A stretch of DNA of 64,000 bases from Eledone cirrhosa (lineage: Eukaryota): NCBI GenBank assembly GCA_964016885.1, contig OZ024742.1, positions 125,736,001-125,800,000 of the forward strand, in the 5' to 3' direction. Position numbers and translations under genes: made by a program. This document shows, one piece after another, positions 1 through 13,129 of the stretch. Under the pieces are notes generated by a model. That model made no database searches and had not been told where the DNA came from. It was given only the letters and a program-made list of their open reading frames with translations. Each line of letters starts with the position of its first letter. Position 1 is the stretch's first letter.

Positions 1-258
1 GTATTCCACTTCTATGTATCCATGTATTTCTACTCCTCACATTGGGACCTGTACCCATTAGCACACGACACTAGAATGTCTCCTCCTGAGAACAAAAATT
101 AAACATTACACGACTGTATCCCGTACTCTACATCCCACTAGGATAAATTACAGATCTACATAATACAATTAACGTTTCTTCATAAAAGACTATTTAATTA
201 AACCCCGCAACCCAAAACCTCATAGAAGTTATTTGAATGTCTAATCTTCAATTTTCTG

Positions 259-1481
259 TTTGTTCAATTCTCAATCCTCTTACTCCTTAGTTTCATAATG
301 TTATTCCGAATTCTTTCAACTTCATCCGATAGAGTTGAGCAAAATTCTAAAGTTCCAACTTTCTGTCGGACCGTTGGGTGGGTTTGTTCAATTCTCAATC
401 CTCTTACTCCTTAGTTTCATAATGTTATTCTGAATTCTTTCAACTTCATCCGATAGAGTTAAGCAAAATTCTAAAGTTCCAACTTTCTGTCGGACCGTTG
501 GGTGGGTTTTGGCGGCGGCGCGACCAGCTCCCTGGCGAACGGGCTCACCTGGAATGCTTGGAAAAATAAATTCCCCTTCTTTCAGTAAATGAAAATACTC
601 GGCGTGGCTTAATTAGCCATGGGGCCTGGGGCGCGGCCGGTGTTTTAACCGCCAAATAGTACCTTTAAATTACAGAACAAATCGGAACTATTATATATAT
701 CAACCTGAAACTGTTGAGCTTTAAGTTTTCTAACCTCTTTAATATGGAATATTGATTATTAATTTATTAATTTTTTAACTTCATCGTATAAGTCTAAGCA
801 TTGTAACACACTGACCCCCAATATATTCACCTCTGCTAAGATGCGAGTCCCTGTGAAAATTTTGTCGCGCCACTCCTGGCCCGACTGTGGTGTGACATTA
901 ATATCGACCTTCCTTCCTCTCTCTTTCTATCTTCCTTCTTGTAGCTATCAACCATTACTCTTTTACTTCTCTAAGCTAAATTTTAAAGTTCCAACTTTCT
1001 GTCGGACTGTTGGGTGGGTTTTAATGGCGGCGCGACCAGCTCCGTGGCGAACGAGCTCACCTAGAGTGCTTGGAAAAATAAATTTCCCCTTCTTTCAGTA
1101 AATGAAAATACTCGGCGTGGCTTAATTCGCCATGGGGCCCGGGGCGCGGCCGTTGTTTTAACCGCCAAATAGTACCTTTAAATTACAGAACAAATCGGAA
1201 CTATTATATATATAATTAATTGTTAAACTGTTGAACTTTAAATTTTCTAACCTCTTTAATATTGAATATTGATTATTAAATGTTTTTAACTTCATCCTAG
1301 AAGTCTAAACACTGTAAAACACTGACTCCCAATATATCCATCTCCGCTAAGATGCGGGTCCCTGTGAAAATTTTCTCGCGCCACTCCTGGCTTGACTGGT
1401 CTGACATTAATATCGACCTTTCTTCCTCTTCCTTTCTATCTTCCTTCTTGTAGCCATCAACCCTTACTTTTCTACTTCTCT
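259..1481 (+). repeat. Nested tandem duplications in the PLE 3' UTR (124-bp unit x2, then ~513-bp unit x2)
   Basis: 259-382 repeats at 383-506. About 470-970 repeats at about 985-1481, e.g. ctaaagttccaactttctgtcggac and ggcgcgaccagctcc. Confidence 0.9.
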
Positions 1482-1832
1482 CTTCCTCCCTGCAGACTTA
1501 TCTTCCTTCCCCCTCTTGCTTGCCTATATCTGACCAGTAGTAGTTACCTTCCTCTTTTAGCTGACATTAACCCTGACTTCTCTCCTTCTTTCTTCCCCCT
1601 TCTTCTCCTTCCTTTCTTTCTTTCTTTTACCTTGTGTCATGGGATCGACGTTAACCTATGCTCCCATCTCTTTCTGTTTTCGTTCATCTGACCGGTAGTA
1701 GCATACTATAAAATTTAGCCACGTCACTCCAGGGCGACCGGCTGAGGTGAAGGAACAGAATAGCGGTCGCCCTCGGGTCTCGATTTTCAGCCCCATGGAT
1801 TTTACCTATTACATTCACGTATTATATTTCGA

Positions 1833-1890
1833 ATACCTGATGATATCACCGGATTCATACGGAACCCGGTCATTGAAATGATCATAGTAT
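1833..1890 (+). ncRNA. Type I hammerhead ribozyme
   Basis: ATAC-CTGATGA-[stem II accggattc/gaacccggt]-GAAA-TGATCA-TA-GTAT. Stem I is ATAC/GTAT, stem III is palindromic, and AATAAA follows at 1891. Confidence 0.8.
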
Positions 1891-1937
1891 AATAAACCTT
1901 TCAAGGATTTACACAAATCCAGCCTCCTGTCATTTCA

Positions 1938-1977
1938 TTATATATATACATATATATATATAAATATATACATATAT

Positions 1978-2033
<56 letters not shown>

Positions 2034-2207
2034 ACATATACATACACAAATGTATATATATACATATATATACATGTATACACACATACGCATACATACA
2101 TACATACATATATACACACATATATATATACACACATACACATACACACATATATACACACATACATACATATATATATACATATATATATATACATACA
2201 TACATAC

Positions 2208-2246
<39 letters not shown>

Positions 2247-2514
2247 TTTCTTTTCAATGGCAGCGATAATGAGGAACAGAGACCGCTGGAGAGAACTCGT
2301 CCATGTATCTCGGGAATTTTCCCCGCCTTAGAATATACATATATACACATACATACATACATACATACATACATACATACATACATACATACATACATAC
2401 ACACATATATACACATATGTGCAAAGATATATATATATATATATGTGTATGTACGTATGTATATATATATATATACATACACATACATACATACACACAC
2501 ATACATACATACAA

Positions 2515-2606
<92 letters not shown>
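1938..2606. repeat. Compound (TA)n/(CA)n/(TACA)n microsatellite with a ~90-bp unique insert at about 2245-2335
   Basis: Seen directly. Confidence 0.95.
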
Positions 2607-2610
<4 letters not shown>

Positions 2611-2656
2611 AATGAATAATAACAGGTAGACATCATAAAAAGGTAATTTATTCCGT

Positions 2657-3241
2657 GTGCTTACAAATGTTTCCACGGTTTCCACCATTTTAGTAACAGA
2701 TGGGCAGAACGTAATATCTGCCTCCCAGCCACTAAATGGGAGACGGGTATTACACAATCCACCTGTACCGCCATCACAACCTATCCATGGTATACCCGCT
2801 ACCCACAACAAAGAATGTAACTGCCATCTACCTGAAAGATGTCCATTGAAGAATGAATGCCTAAAGTCCAACATTGTTTACCAATGCACGGTTGAATCGA
2901 ACGACCAGAAATGGTATTATATCGGATCTACCACCACCTCGTTTAAATCTCGCTGGTACCGTCATCGATTCTCAATCAAACATCCTAATCACCGTTTTGT
3001 GACCCCGCTCGCCAACAATACCTGGCAACTCCGTGAACGCAACCAACAGTTCACCTTAAAATGGGATATACTTTCCAGCGCAAGTGCATATTGGAGTGGA
3101 TTGAAGTACTGCAGATTATGTAACCTTGAACTCTTTTACATATTAAAATCCCAAAACAAACTACTTAACGGTAGAATTGAACGATCATTATACTGCAACC
3201 ACAAACTAAAAGCTAAATTCTCTCACTATAAAATAACTTAA
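2657..3241 (+). CDS. Penelope-type GIY-YIG endonuclease domain (truncated element ORF; the annotated start lies in the inverted segment)
   Basis: CNC..CPL..ECL..NIVYQCTV..WYYIGSTTTSFKSRWYRH..CRLCNLE..CNH motifs. Confidence 0.85.
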   Translation: MLTNVSTVSTILVTDGQNVISASQPLNGRRVLHNPPVPPSQPIHGIPATHNKECNCHLPERCPLKNECLKSNIVYQCTVESNDQKWYYIGSTTTSFKSRWYRHRFSIKHPNHRFVTPLANNTWQLRERNQQFTLKWDILSSASAYWSGLKYCRLCNLELFYILKSQNKLLNGRIERSLYCNHKLKAKFSHYKIT

Positions 3242-3721
3242 CATTCGAACCCGTAACTATAAAATCGCTTTCTAGCTAACCACCTTCTCTTCCCCCACAC
3301 TACAAGACAATACACTGCTTATCACTATAAATGGTAACTCAGTGCAATTCGTAGATTACTACTACAAACCCAAAGTTCACTCACCACATAAACTTCGTCT
3401 GTCCCCTCTCTACCTCTCTCTCTACATCCATTACACTCTCTCTCTCTCGCCTTTGGCCTACCTCCCTCTCCACATCTATGAACCTGCCCTCTGGGGCAAT
3501 AAATAATTCCGACCTTAACTATCAACGCATCTCTCCAAAAGTAACCAATATAATAAAACCCCTACCATAACATTTTGTTTAAGATATCTCCAAACCACTC
3601 TCTCCTACTTCTCCAACCCCTGCATATCTTTCTCTCTCCCCTACTTTTCTCTCTTCCTTTTCTACTCTATCTTCCCCAACAACCCCACTTAAGGGTATTT
3701 ACATTGTACATTTTACCATTC

Positions 3722-3833
3722 TGCTCTGAGGATACAGTGGTCACAGCATTGGATATTTGAGTTCTGCAAATACTTGTAAATTTGCACATAGCATAACTAG
3801 GCTGTAGTACCACCGTGGAAACATTTGTAAGCA
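3722..3833 (+). ncRNA. Type I hammerhead ribozyme with ~85-nt stem II
   Basis: TGCT-CTGAGGA-[tacagtggt..acagc / gctgt..accaccgtg]-GAAA-CATTTG-TA-AGCA, with AATAAA at 3839. Confidence 0.8.
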
Positions 3834-4050
3834 CACGGAATAAATTACCTTTTTATGATGTCTACCTGTTATTATTCATTCTTTATATGCACTCCGGAAT
3901 ACAGAAGGATCAGGAACTAAGTTTCTTCAACAATTCTTCCATAACTCTTAGAGTAACCTCTCACCGTACGTCAACCATATCCAGTGTAGTGATTAACCAT
4001 TACTACATCTTGGATAATCCTATTCCTAATATATATATATATATATATAT

Positions 4051-5050
4051 ATATTTATTAAAATAACAGATTAAAGTTTAAGCAAAGAATCGCTGTTTTC
4101 ACCCTTAACGGGATCTTCTGAAACTAACAAAGTCAATCTGTAAACGCAGAAGTGGATATTTCAAAAAACGTTGCAACCGGAGTAAGAGAGGAAGGCGATA
4201 CTTTGGTTCGTGGAAACGTTCCCTGGCAAAGAACGGGGAAAAAACGAATATAATACGTCATTAATAGGAGCGGTGAAAAACAATTACGCGCAAAGACAGA
4301 ACCACGTTTATGGTATAAAAGAGGTCGTAGACTAATGTTCTCTAAGGTGGTTCATAGAGACGTTCTCTGGAAATGAACGAAAAAAAACGAAGAAAATACG
4401 TCATATGTGGAGCGTGGAGAACAATTGCACGCAAAGATAAAACCACGTAAATGCTATAGCAGAAGTCGTAGACTAAAATTCTAACTAGGAGACCGAATGA
4501 ATCTCCGCTTCAGAGTTAAGAATAAAGTAAATAAATACAATACAGAGGTAATAGAAATTAAATAAATACATACACGCATACAAATACGTACATACACAAG
4601 CATACGCGAAAACTCTTACCATAGGTATACAAAACCACGCACATATAAATATGTGTGTGTGTGCGTGTATACAAATAAATAAATAATTAAATAAACGTAT
4701 ATAAATAAATAAATACGTATATAAAAAGAGCACACACATACCTACATGTAAATACACAAATGTTCGGAGACGTAAGTCAACCAAAACATGAAGTACACAT
4801 ATACACACACCCTACATACGTACGAACCTGCATACTCACACAGACGCAAAACTCCCGTATACACATAACCAAACCATATGTACCAGAATATATAAAAAAT
4901 TATACGCCGTTAAGGGTGAAAGCATCGATTCTTTGCTTAAACTTTAATCTGTTATTTTAATAAATATTTGCTCTACGGTTCTTACATATTTGATATATAT
5001 TTATACTTATCGAGCCCTCTTTGGATTTTAGTCTTCAAATTTATTATTAT

Positions 5051-5053
<3 letters not shown>
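4051..5053 (-). mobile_element. Non-coding PLE-like fragment with inverted terminal repeat, flanked by (TA)n
   Basis: 4051-4111 is inverted at 4907-4967. Degenerate HHR-like CAGAAGA-tcccgttaagggt-GAAA on the minus strand. Diverged internal ~140-bp tandem at 4205-4476. The terminal 80 bp recur inverted at 22519-22599. Confidence 0.6.
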
Positions 5054-5131
<78 letters not shown>

Positions 5132-5237
5132 CAGAGGTTATATTTAATTTGTTGGGATTCAACAAGCTTACACATTTTTATAACTAATATAAAGTACTCA
5201 ACAGTTTAGTGGAGTAAATACACAATATATTAATAAA

Positions 5238-5470
5238 TGGAAACTATATTTATAAAACCATATTTATTTTATTATACATATTTCAAGGGAACCAAGGAAA
5301 ATTATCGTGCGCTTTCATCAGATAAAATTCAGATTTGTTTTCCGGGTATGTCAATATTTATTTATAAAACAAATCTGTATTTTAACCGATGAAAGCGCAC
5401 TATAATTTGCCTTGGTTTCCCTTGAAATATGTATAATAAAATAAATATGGTTTTATAAATATAGTTTCCA
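5238..5470. repeat. Long inverted repeat (~105-bp arms, ~25-bp spacer), each arm carrying an HHR
   Basis: 5238-5341 versus 5366-5470. Confidence 0.9.
5266..5328 (-). ncRNA. Type I hammerhead ribozyme (partner copy at 5379-5442 on + has a CCGATGA mutation)
   Basis: Minus strand reads ATTTTAT-CTGATGA-aag...ctt-GAAA-TATGTA-TA-ATAAAAT, with a 7-bp stem I. Confidence 0.75.
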
Positions 5471-5484
5471 ATATTCTATCATAT

Positions 5485-7393
<1,909 letters not shown>

Positions 7394-8185
7394 AACATGC
7401 ATTTATCTGAGTTTGATTACTTATACATTGACCCACTTGAAAATATTTACTATTTTATATTTTATGATACATCAGACGCTATATTATACTATATACAATG
7501 TACCATACTGTACTGTATATATATTACATTATATTATATTATTATATTATTATATTTTATTATCTTATTATAATTTTCATCTTTTAATATACTATCCTTC
7601 CTAGTTATGATCATTACTTTACCTATATATATTTATCCTAGTTATCTCTGTATATTTTATATTTACTTATTTATATTCACCTAAGAATTCCATACAACAC
7701 AACTCAACTCTTAATTTTTACATTTAAACCTCACTCCACCATCTACATTCCACTATCAATATAACAATCCCTTTTCTTCATAAGTTCTTTATAGTAATTC
7801 TATTTTTAACACCATTCAACCATTCCTTTCAATGGGTCATAGCCTCAACTAAAGTGAGTTATATTTCATCTTAACATCATATGGCAAAAAACAATTTGAT
7901 TGGTTCGTTTTTCAGCTACCTCTAAATAAGGTCATAGAATTCAATTTACTATTGATTTTGAATAAATTTTCATAACTTTCGACAACGGTTGATGATATAC
8001 ATGTAGGTAAATATATTCCTTATTTGATATTTTGTAACTAACCCTACATAGATCGATAACGAAATATGCGTACGATGTATTATTATCACCTAGAAACGAT
8101 CGTAAAGCAGGGAAGTATATTTCTAATGAGTTGAATTTTTAGTTCATTGTTTTAACTTATATATATAAGTTAAAACAACATATAA

Positions 8186-8253
<68 letters not shown>

Positions 8254-8417
8254 ACACTTCTCTGAGTGGTTCATTGTTTTAACTTATATCATAACTCTGT
8301 TTTCCTTTTGATGTTTTATTGTTTTCCGGGATTTATTTAACCTACAACATTTTCAACATATGGATTACATTGAGTTCTTCATGCAGACTATACTCCACAA
8401 CTAACCGTGGATATTTC

Positions 8418-8419
<2 letters not shown>

Positions 8420-8456
<37 letters not shown>

Positions 8457-8483
8457 TATACATATATATACACACATATATAT

Positions 8484-8536
<53 letters not shown>

Positions 8537-8564
8537 TATACATATATATACACATATACATATA

Positions 8565-8644
<80 letters not shown>

Positions 8645-8723
8645 CATACATAGACACGCACATATATATACATACAAATACATACACATAAACACATACA
8701 CATAAACACATATACACACATAT

Positions 8724-8793
<70 letters not shown>
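8420..8793. repeat. (TA)n/(CA)n compound microsatellite
   Basis: Seen directly. Confidence 0.95.
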
Positions 8794-8797
<4 letters not shown>

Positions 8798-9268
8798 AGT
8801 GTAATTTTCTACACAAAACGAAGGTTATAGAGAAAATTGAGGTTGGTAATGGCACGTGGAATATATAAGAGACAGAATACTTTTTTGTGAAAAAACATAT
8901 AATTTTATAAGGTAAGGAAATAATAAAGGGTATAATAAAGGGTATAAAAAATGACCGGTTTCGACCGGTTTCACTACCAGAAAGGGACACAGCAGTCAAC
9001 TTGCTGCTACCTAGATGAAAACTACTATGAAATCCCACAATGAATTTTATACTTGAATTTTCAAATCTCAAATTTTAACTCTTCGTATTATTAATTTTTT
9101 CTTAATATTAATCAACATTTGAAAAGATGGCTTTTGCAGACCCATCGAAACCGGTCATTTTTTATACCCTTTATTATTTCCTTACCTTATAAAATTATAT
9201 GTTTTTTCACAAAAAAGTATTCTGTCTCTTATATATTCCATGTGCCATTACCAACCTCAATTTTCTCT
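8794..9268 (+). mobile_element. Short non-coding PLE-derived element with inverted termini in (TA)n
   Basis: 8828-8964 is the reverse complement of 9145-9268 and contains part of the variant HHR. Confidence 0.75.
9114..9161 (+). ncRNA. Minimal hammerhead ribozyme with U3-A8 core variant
   Basis: AACAT-TTGAAAA-gatgg..ccatc-GAAA-CCGG-TC-ATTTT. Stem II is 5 bp and stem I pairs 4 of 5. Confidence 0.65.
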
Positions 9269-9611
9269 CTATATATATATATATACACAAACATATACAT
9301 ACATCCCCATATTCAAGTAAATATGAAAGCGCGTTCACACAACCATACGCCTACAAACGAACAGCCTCTCATAAAAGTACTCATAAATTTACGCATATAC
9401 ACAGGCACGTAATATAAATTATAGCTTTAAAGAATTAGCTTTTAATGAATTCCCTTTTCTTTCAACCAATGACCTCCACCCATCCCACTCCGCACCCTCT
9501 CCCACCACCAGAAAAGATATAAATACCACCAGATTTACTTGGACAGTCATATTGCTGATGATTTCTCAAGAATAAAACAGTTCAAGACCTGTAGAATCTC
9601 ATCTATATTAA

Positions 9612-9673
<62 letters not shown>

Positions 9674-10019
9674 TGGCTGCCAACTGGTTTTCGAGTACGG
9701 CCACTACTTTATATCCATGTAGGAGAACCCCTACCGATGCGCTGAATGAGTGTGACTTTTTAGTCCAGCCAGCGACTTGAAATCTCCGGTACAAACACTA
9801 CACTTGTGACAATTATTGTCACATACTGCTGGGCCCATGGTACCATGTGACTACAAGTGCAGAGAGATCTCCAGATATAAAGCAATGCCTGTGCCGTGAA
9901 GCTTTTATAGTGAGCAAAGGCACCGCACAAACCCAGTCCCACTCTCTTAACCAAGATGATATTTACCAAAAAGAAGAACAAGTCAACATCATTGGATACC
10001 ATCAGGGCTGCAGGTGTTA

Positions 10020-10279
10020 TATCAGAGTTTTCCTTCTCCTAGAATTCTGCCTTGACAAAGGCTAAGGGGTCATCTCTCCCGGTGATTTTGGATGGCCATC
10101 GACTCTTAAGAGGTCCTTTGCCCTTTGACAGATTTTGTTTTTAGTCCTGCAGGATGTCCAAAGTCACCCCCTCACCAAGAAAACTTGGTGGGGTTGCCAG
10201 TTTAGTCGCCAATGACCCGACCATGTGACAGGTTGTACTAGGATACATGTTACCAGTAGCACGAACTGATGACCTGACA
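10020..10279 (-). mobile_element. Probable 5' UTR fragment of an RTE-like LINE
   Basis: GGAGAAGGAAAACTCTGA motif, which I recall from RTE 5' UTRs. Structured 5' end homologous to 54912-55028. Confidence 0.45.
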
Positions 10280-10376
10280 ATATATATATATATACATACA
10301 TATATATATATATATATATATTAAACAGATTGAGCCCGGTTTTCCTTGAGCTTTCATCTATGGATTTTTACCAACG

Positions 10377-10411
<35 letters not shown>

Positions 10412-10414
<3 letters not shown>

Positions 10415-11386
10415 AAAGACGTAAAATAAGATAATTATAAAAATTAACTTACTTACTAAAATTTCTCTCCAACTAATTAGTTTCTGAAAGGGAATAAACA
10501 TGGTTTCCGAATGGAACATGGAGAATACCTTTCGTCATCAGGAAGTCAATTCTCAGCTAAGTTCCCAGGCGATGCGTGGACACAGGGAACTTATACAAAA
10601 ATAATTCAGTGGATGGAAAAAAGCAACCGAGGACTAAATTCCAGGACATTGAAAAAATCACTGCCTACTTGGTCGGTGGCAAATTCAAAAGAATCCGTCA
10701 CGTGACATGGAGGTTAATCAGTGAGGAGTGGGGTGTTAATAAGACAGTAGCCTGACTATTACTATGAACTATAGTAGTAGTTTTGGCAAATTCTTGCTCA
10801 ACAAAATAATTTGGAGATAATTATAAAGAATTAGTATATCTACCAACATATATATACAGATGCATACCTATGCTAGCAAATATATAGGTTTTGTCTTAGT
10901 AACTTTGTGGTTCAATGCAAGGGGATGCAGAACAATTATATGAAAGACGTAAAATAAGAAAATTATAAAAATTAACTTACTTACTAAAATTTCACTCCAA
11001 CTAATTATTTACTGAAAGGAAATAAACATGGTTTCCGAATGGAACATGGAGAATACCTTTCGTCATCAGGAAGTCAATTCTCAGCTAAGTTTCCAGGCGA
11101 TGCGTGGACACAGGGAACTTATACAAAAATAATTCAGTGGATGGAAAAAAGCAAGCGAGGACTAAATTCCAGGACATTGAAATTCATGTTTATTCCCTTT
11201 CAGAAACTAATTAGTTGGAGTGAAATTTTAGTAAGTAAGTTAATTTTTATAATTTTCTTATTTTACGTCTTTCATATAATTATTGTTCTGCATCCCCTTG
11301 TATTGAATCACAAAGTTACTAAGACAAAACCTATATATTTGCTAGCATAGGTATGCATCTGTATATATATGTTGGTAGATATACTA

Positions 11387-11391
<5 letters not shown>
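10412..11391 (-). mobile_element. Non-coding HHR-bearing element: partial tandem (528-bp period) plus inverted segment, in (TA)n
   Basis: 10412-10652 repeats at 10940-11180. 11185-11391 is the reverse complement of about 10827-11030. A rearranged copy lies at 22713-22855. Confidence 0.85.
10467..10545 (-). ncRNA. Type I hammerhead ribozyme with extended stem II (second copy 10995-11073 has GAAA mutated to GTAA)
   Basis: Minus strand reads CTTC-CTGATGA-cgaaagg...cctttca-GAAA-CTAATTAG-TT-GGAG. Confidence 0.7.
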
Positions 11392-11476
<85 letters not shown>

Positions 11477-11577
11477 GAGAGTGAGAGAGAGAGAGGAAGC
11501 GATAAGGATTGATATTGATATGAATGGATTCATGTATGCGTGCATGTATTAATGCATAAACTGTTAATATAATTCAA

Positions 11578-11766
11578 TAATTATTTCTACTTTTGGCACA
11601 ATGCCAGTAAATATCCCAGTACATTACTGGTACTTTATTTTATCGACCTCGTAAGGATGAAAGGCAAAGTTAACCTTGGCGGGATTTGAAATGATAACGT
11701 AAAGGGACGTAACTCTGCTGTAAAGCATGGCGTCCGATCCTATACCGATACTGCCAATTCACCACC
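11578..11766 (-). mobile_element. tRNA-derived SINE (family A)
   Basis: Head with A-box TGGCAGtatcGGT and degenerate B-box. Central GCCTTTCATCCTTACG..GTCGATAAAATAAAGTACCAG resembles a Meta-type SINE domain. Confidence 0.85.
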
Positions 11767-11773
11767 ATTTTGA

Positions 11774-11914
11774 AGCAGAGTTACGTCCCTTTATGATCTA
11801 AGTTCAAATCCCGCCGAAGTTAACTTTGCCTTTCATCCTTACGGGGTCGATAAAATAAAGTACCAGTAATGTACTGGTTAATTGCTGGACTTGTGCCTAA
11901 AATAGAAACAATTA
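11774..11914 (+). mobile_element. 5'-truncated SINE family A, inverted relative to the preceding copy
   Basis: Reverse complement of 11578-11719. Confidence 0.85.
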
Positions 11915-12159
11915 TATATATTTCAATAATGCCAACTTTTTCGATGATATACGATACATGGTTTAATCAGTCGTTGTTTTTTTTTTTAACATAAATGTCA
12001 AATAGTTTCACAAAATATCAGCAGGAATGAGGCAATTGCACGTTTCATGAAACATTATGTGATAATTGCGAAGAACTTTTCTTTTTTTGATGACGGGAAC
12101 ATTTCCGACAGATATTGCAATTATTAAAAAAAAAACCAGAAAACAAGGCAAGTAGACAC

Positions 12160-12229
<70 letters not shown>

Positions 12230-12571
12230 GCACACAGACACACGCGCACACACACACACACACACACTCACACAAACATAGAAACATATGACCAGAGAAA
12301 AAGAGAGAGAGAGGAACAGAGAGAAAAAGAACATGTGAGAGAGCAATATTCAGTTTTAGTCTACGTAGTAATTTATCGCTTAAGTTGTAATTACTACATA
12401 CATAAACATTGATGTAAATCGTTTAGCGTGGAAGGTGTCTTTGCAGTCGTTCAATCCATAAAACATATAATTTGAATTGTCCTCGAATCAAAAGCTAATA
12501 TATTTTTAAAAGACAGTGTAGCATTAGAATATGTAGTCTTAGATACAGAAAAATTGTGGAATGATAATAGT

Positions 12572-12957
12572 CGGATTCCATTTGATCTTGTCTTCTGGAT
12601 CAGAACTGGGCTGGGGTTAAACAACAACGAATGGGTCGTATTTCATTAATCATGTCTGCTGGATTAGTGCTGAGCTGGAATTAAACATCAACAATGAATG
12701 AATCTCATTTGCTCATGTCTGCTGATTCAATACTGAGCTGGGATTAAACGGCAATAACGAATGGATCCTATTTTACCATGTCTGTTGAATCAATATTGAG
12801 CTGGGGTTAAATAACAACAACGAATAAATCCTATTTGATCAAACATGTCTGCGGGATCAGTGCTGAGCTGTGGTTAAACATCAACAATGAATGAATTCTA
12901 TTTGATCAACAATGTCTGCTGACTCGGTGCTGAGCTGGGGTTAAACAACAACGAATG
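12572..12957 (+). repeat. Minisatellite, about 6 units of ~62 bp
   Basis: Repeating cctatttgatcatgtctgctggatcagtgctgagctggggttaaacaacaacgaat. Confidence 0.85.
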
Positions 12958-13129
12958 CAATTGATGAATACATTTATATTTTTCCTATATTTTAAGGAGC
13001 TCTAACAATTAGTAATATCCAATATTTATGTGTAACGAATAAGAGCGATTTCCTTATAAAGCCAATTACAAAGTCTCTTTTTGTACGTTATTCATTTAAA
13101 CTAAGTATGTTTTCAAATGCAGGTAGGTT

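Larger units (their letters stand above)
1..1935 (+). mobile_element. 3' part of a Penelope-like element: end of GIY-YIG ORF, long 3' UTR with tandem duplications, HHR, then a (TA/CA)n tract
   Basis: About 120-160 translates as RTLHPTRINYRS, resembling the TLxPxGxN C-terminus of PLE endonucleases. HHR plus AATAAA at 1833-1896. Abuts a TA microsatellite like the other PLEs here. Confidence 0.6.
2607..4030 (+). mobile_element. 5'-truncated Penelope-like element with inverted terminal segment, flanked by (TA)n
   Basis: GIY-YIG ORF and HHR. 2607-2679 is the reverse complement of 3812-3884. Confidence 0.9.

Noticed and set aside
1901-2636. Long YI/CV/HT-repeat ORFs here and at about 8.4, 14, 16, 21.3, 36, 49 and 51 kb
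   Set aside because: These are translations of TA/CA microsatellites and not genes.
7983-8110. TTGATGA ... GAAATATGCGTA / GAAACGATCGTA as a possible HHR
   Set aside because: I could not assign consistent stems I and II. At best a decayed ribozyme.
9552-9585. TTG-CTGATGA-tttctcaagaat-AAAA-CAGTT-CAA
   Set aside because: G12 is missing and stem III is incomplete. Probably a decayed HHR, so not called.
10266-10272. CTGATGA on the plus strand
   Set aside because: No matching GAAA or stems.
10511-11350. Duplicated small ORFs MEHGEYLSS...
   Set aside because: They are antisense to the HHR repeat, diverge at the repeat boundary and have no recognisable domain.
12572-12957. CRISPR-like periodic array
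   Set aside because: Whole units repeat with no unique spacers, there are no cas genes, and the context is eukaryotic.
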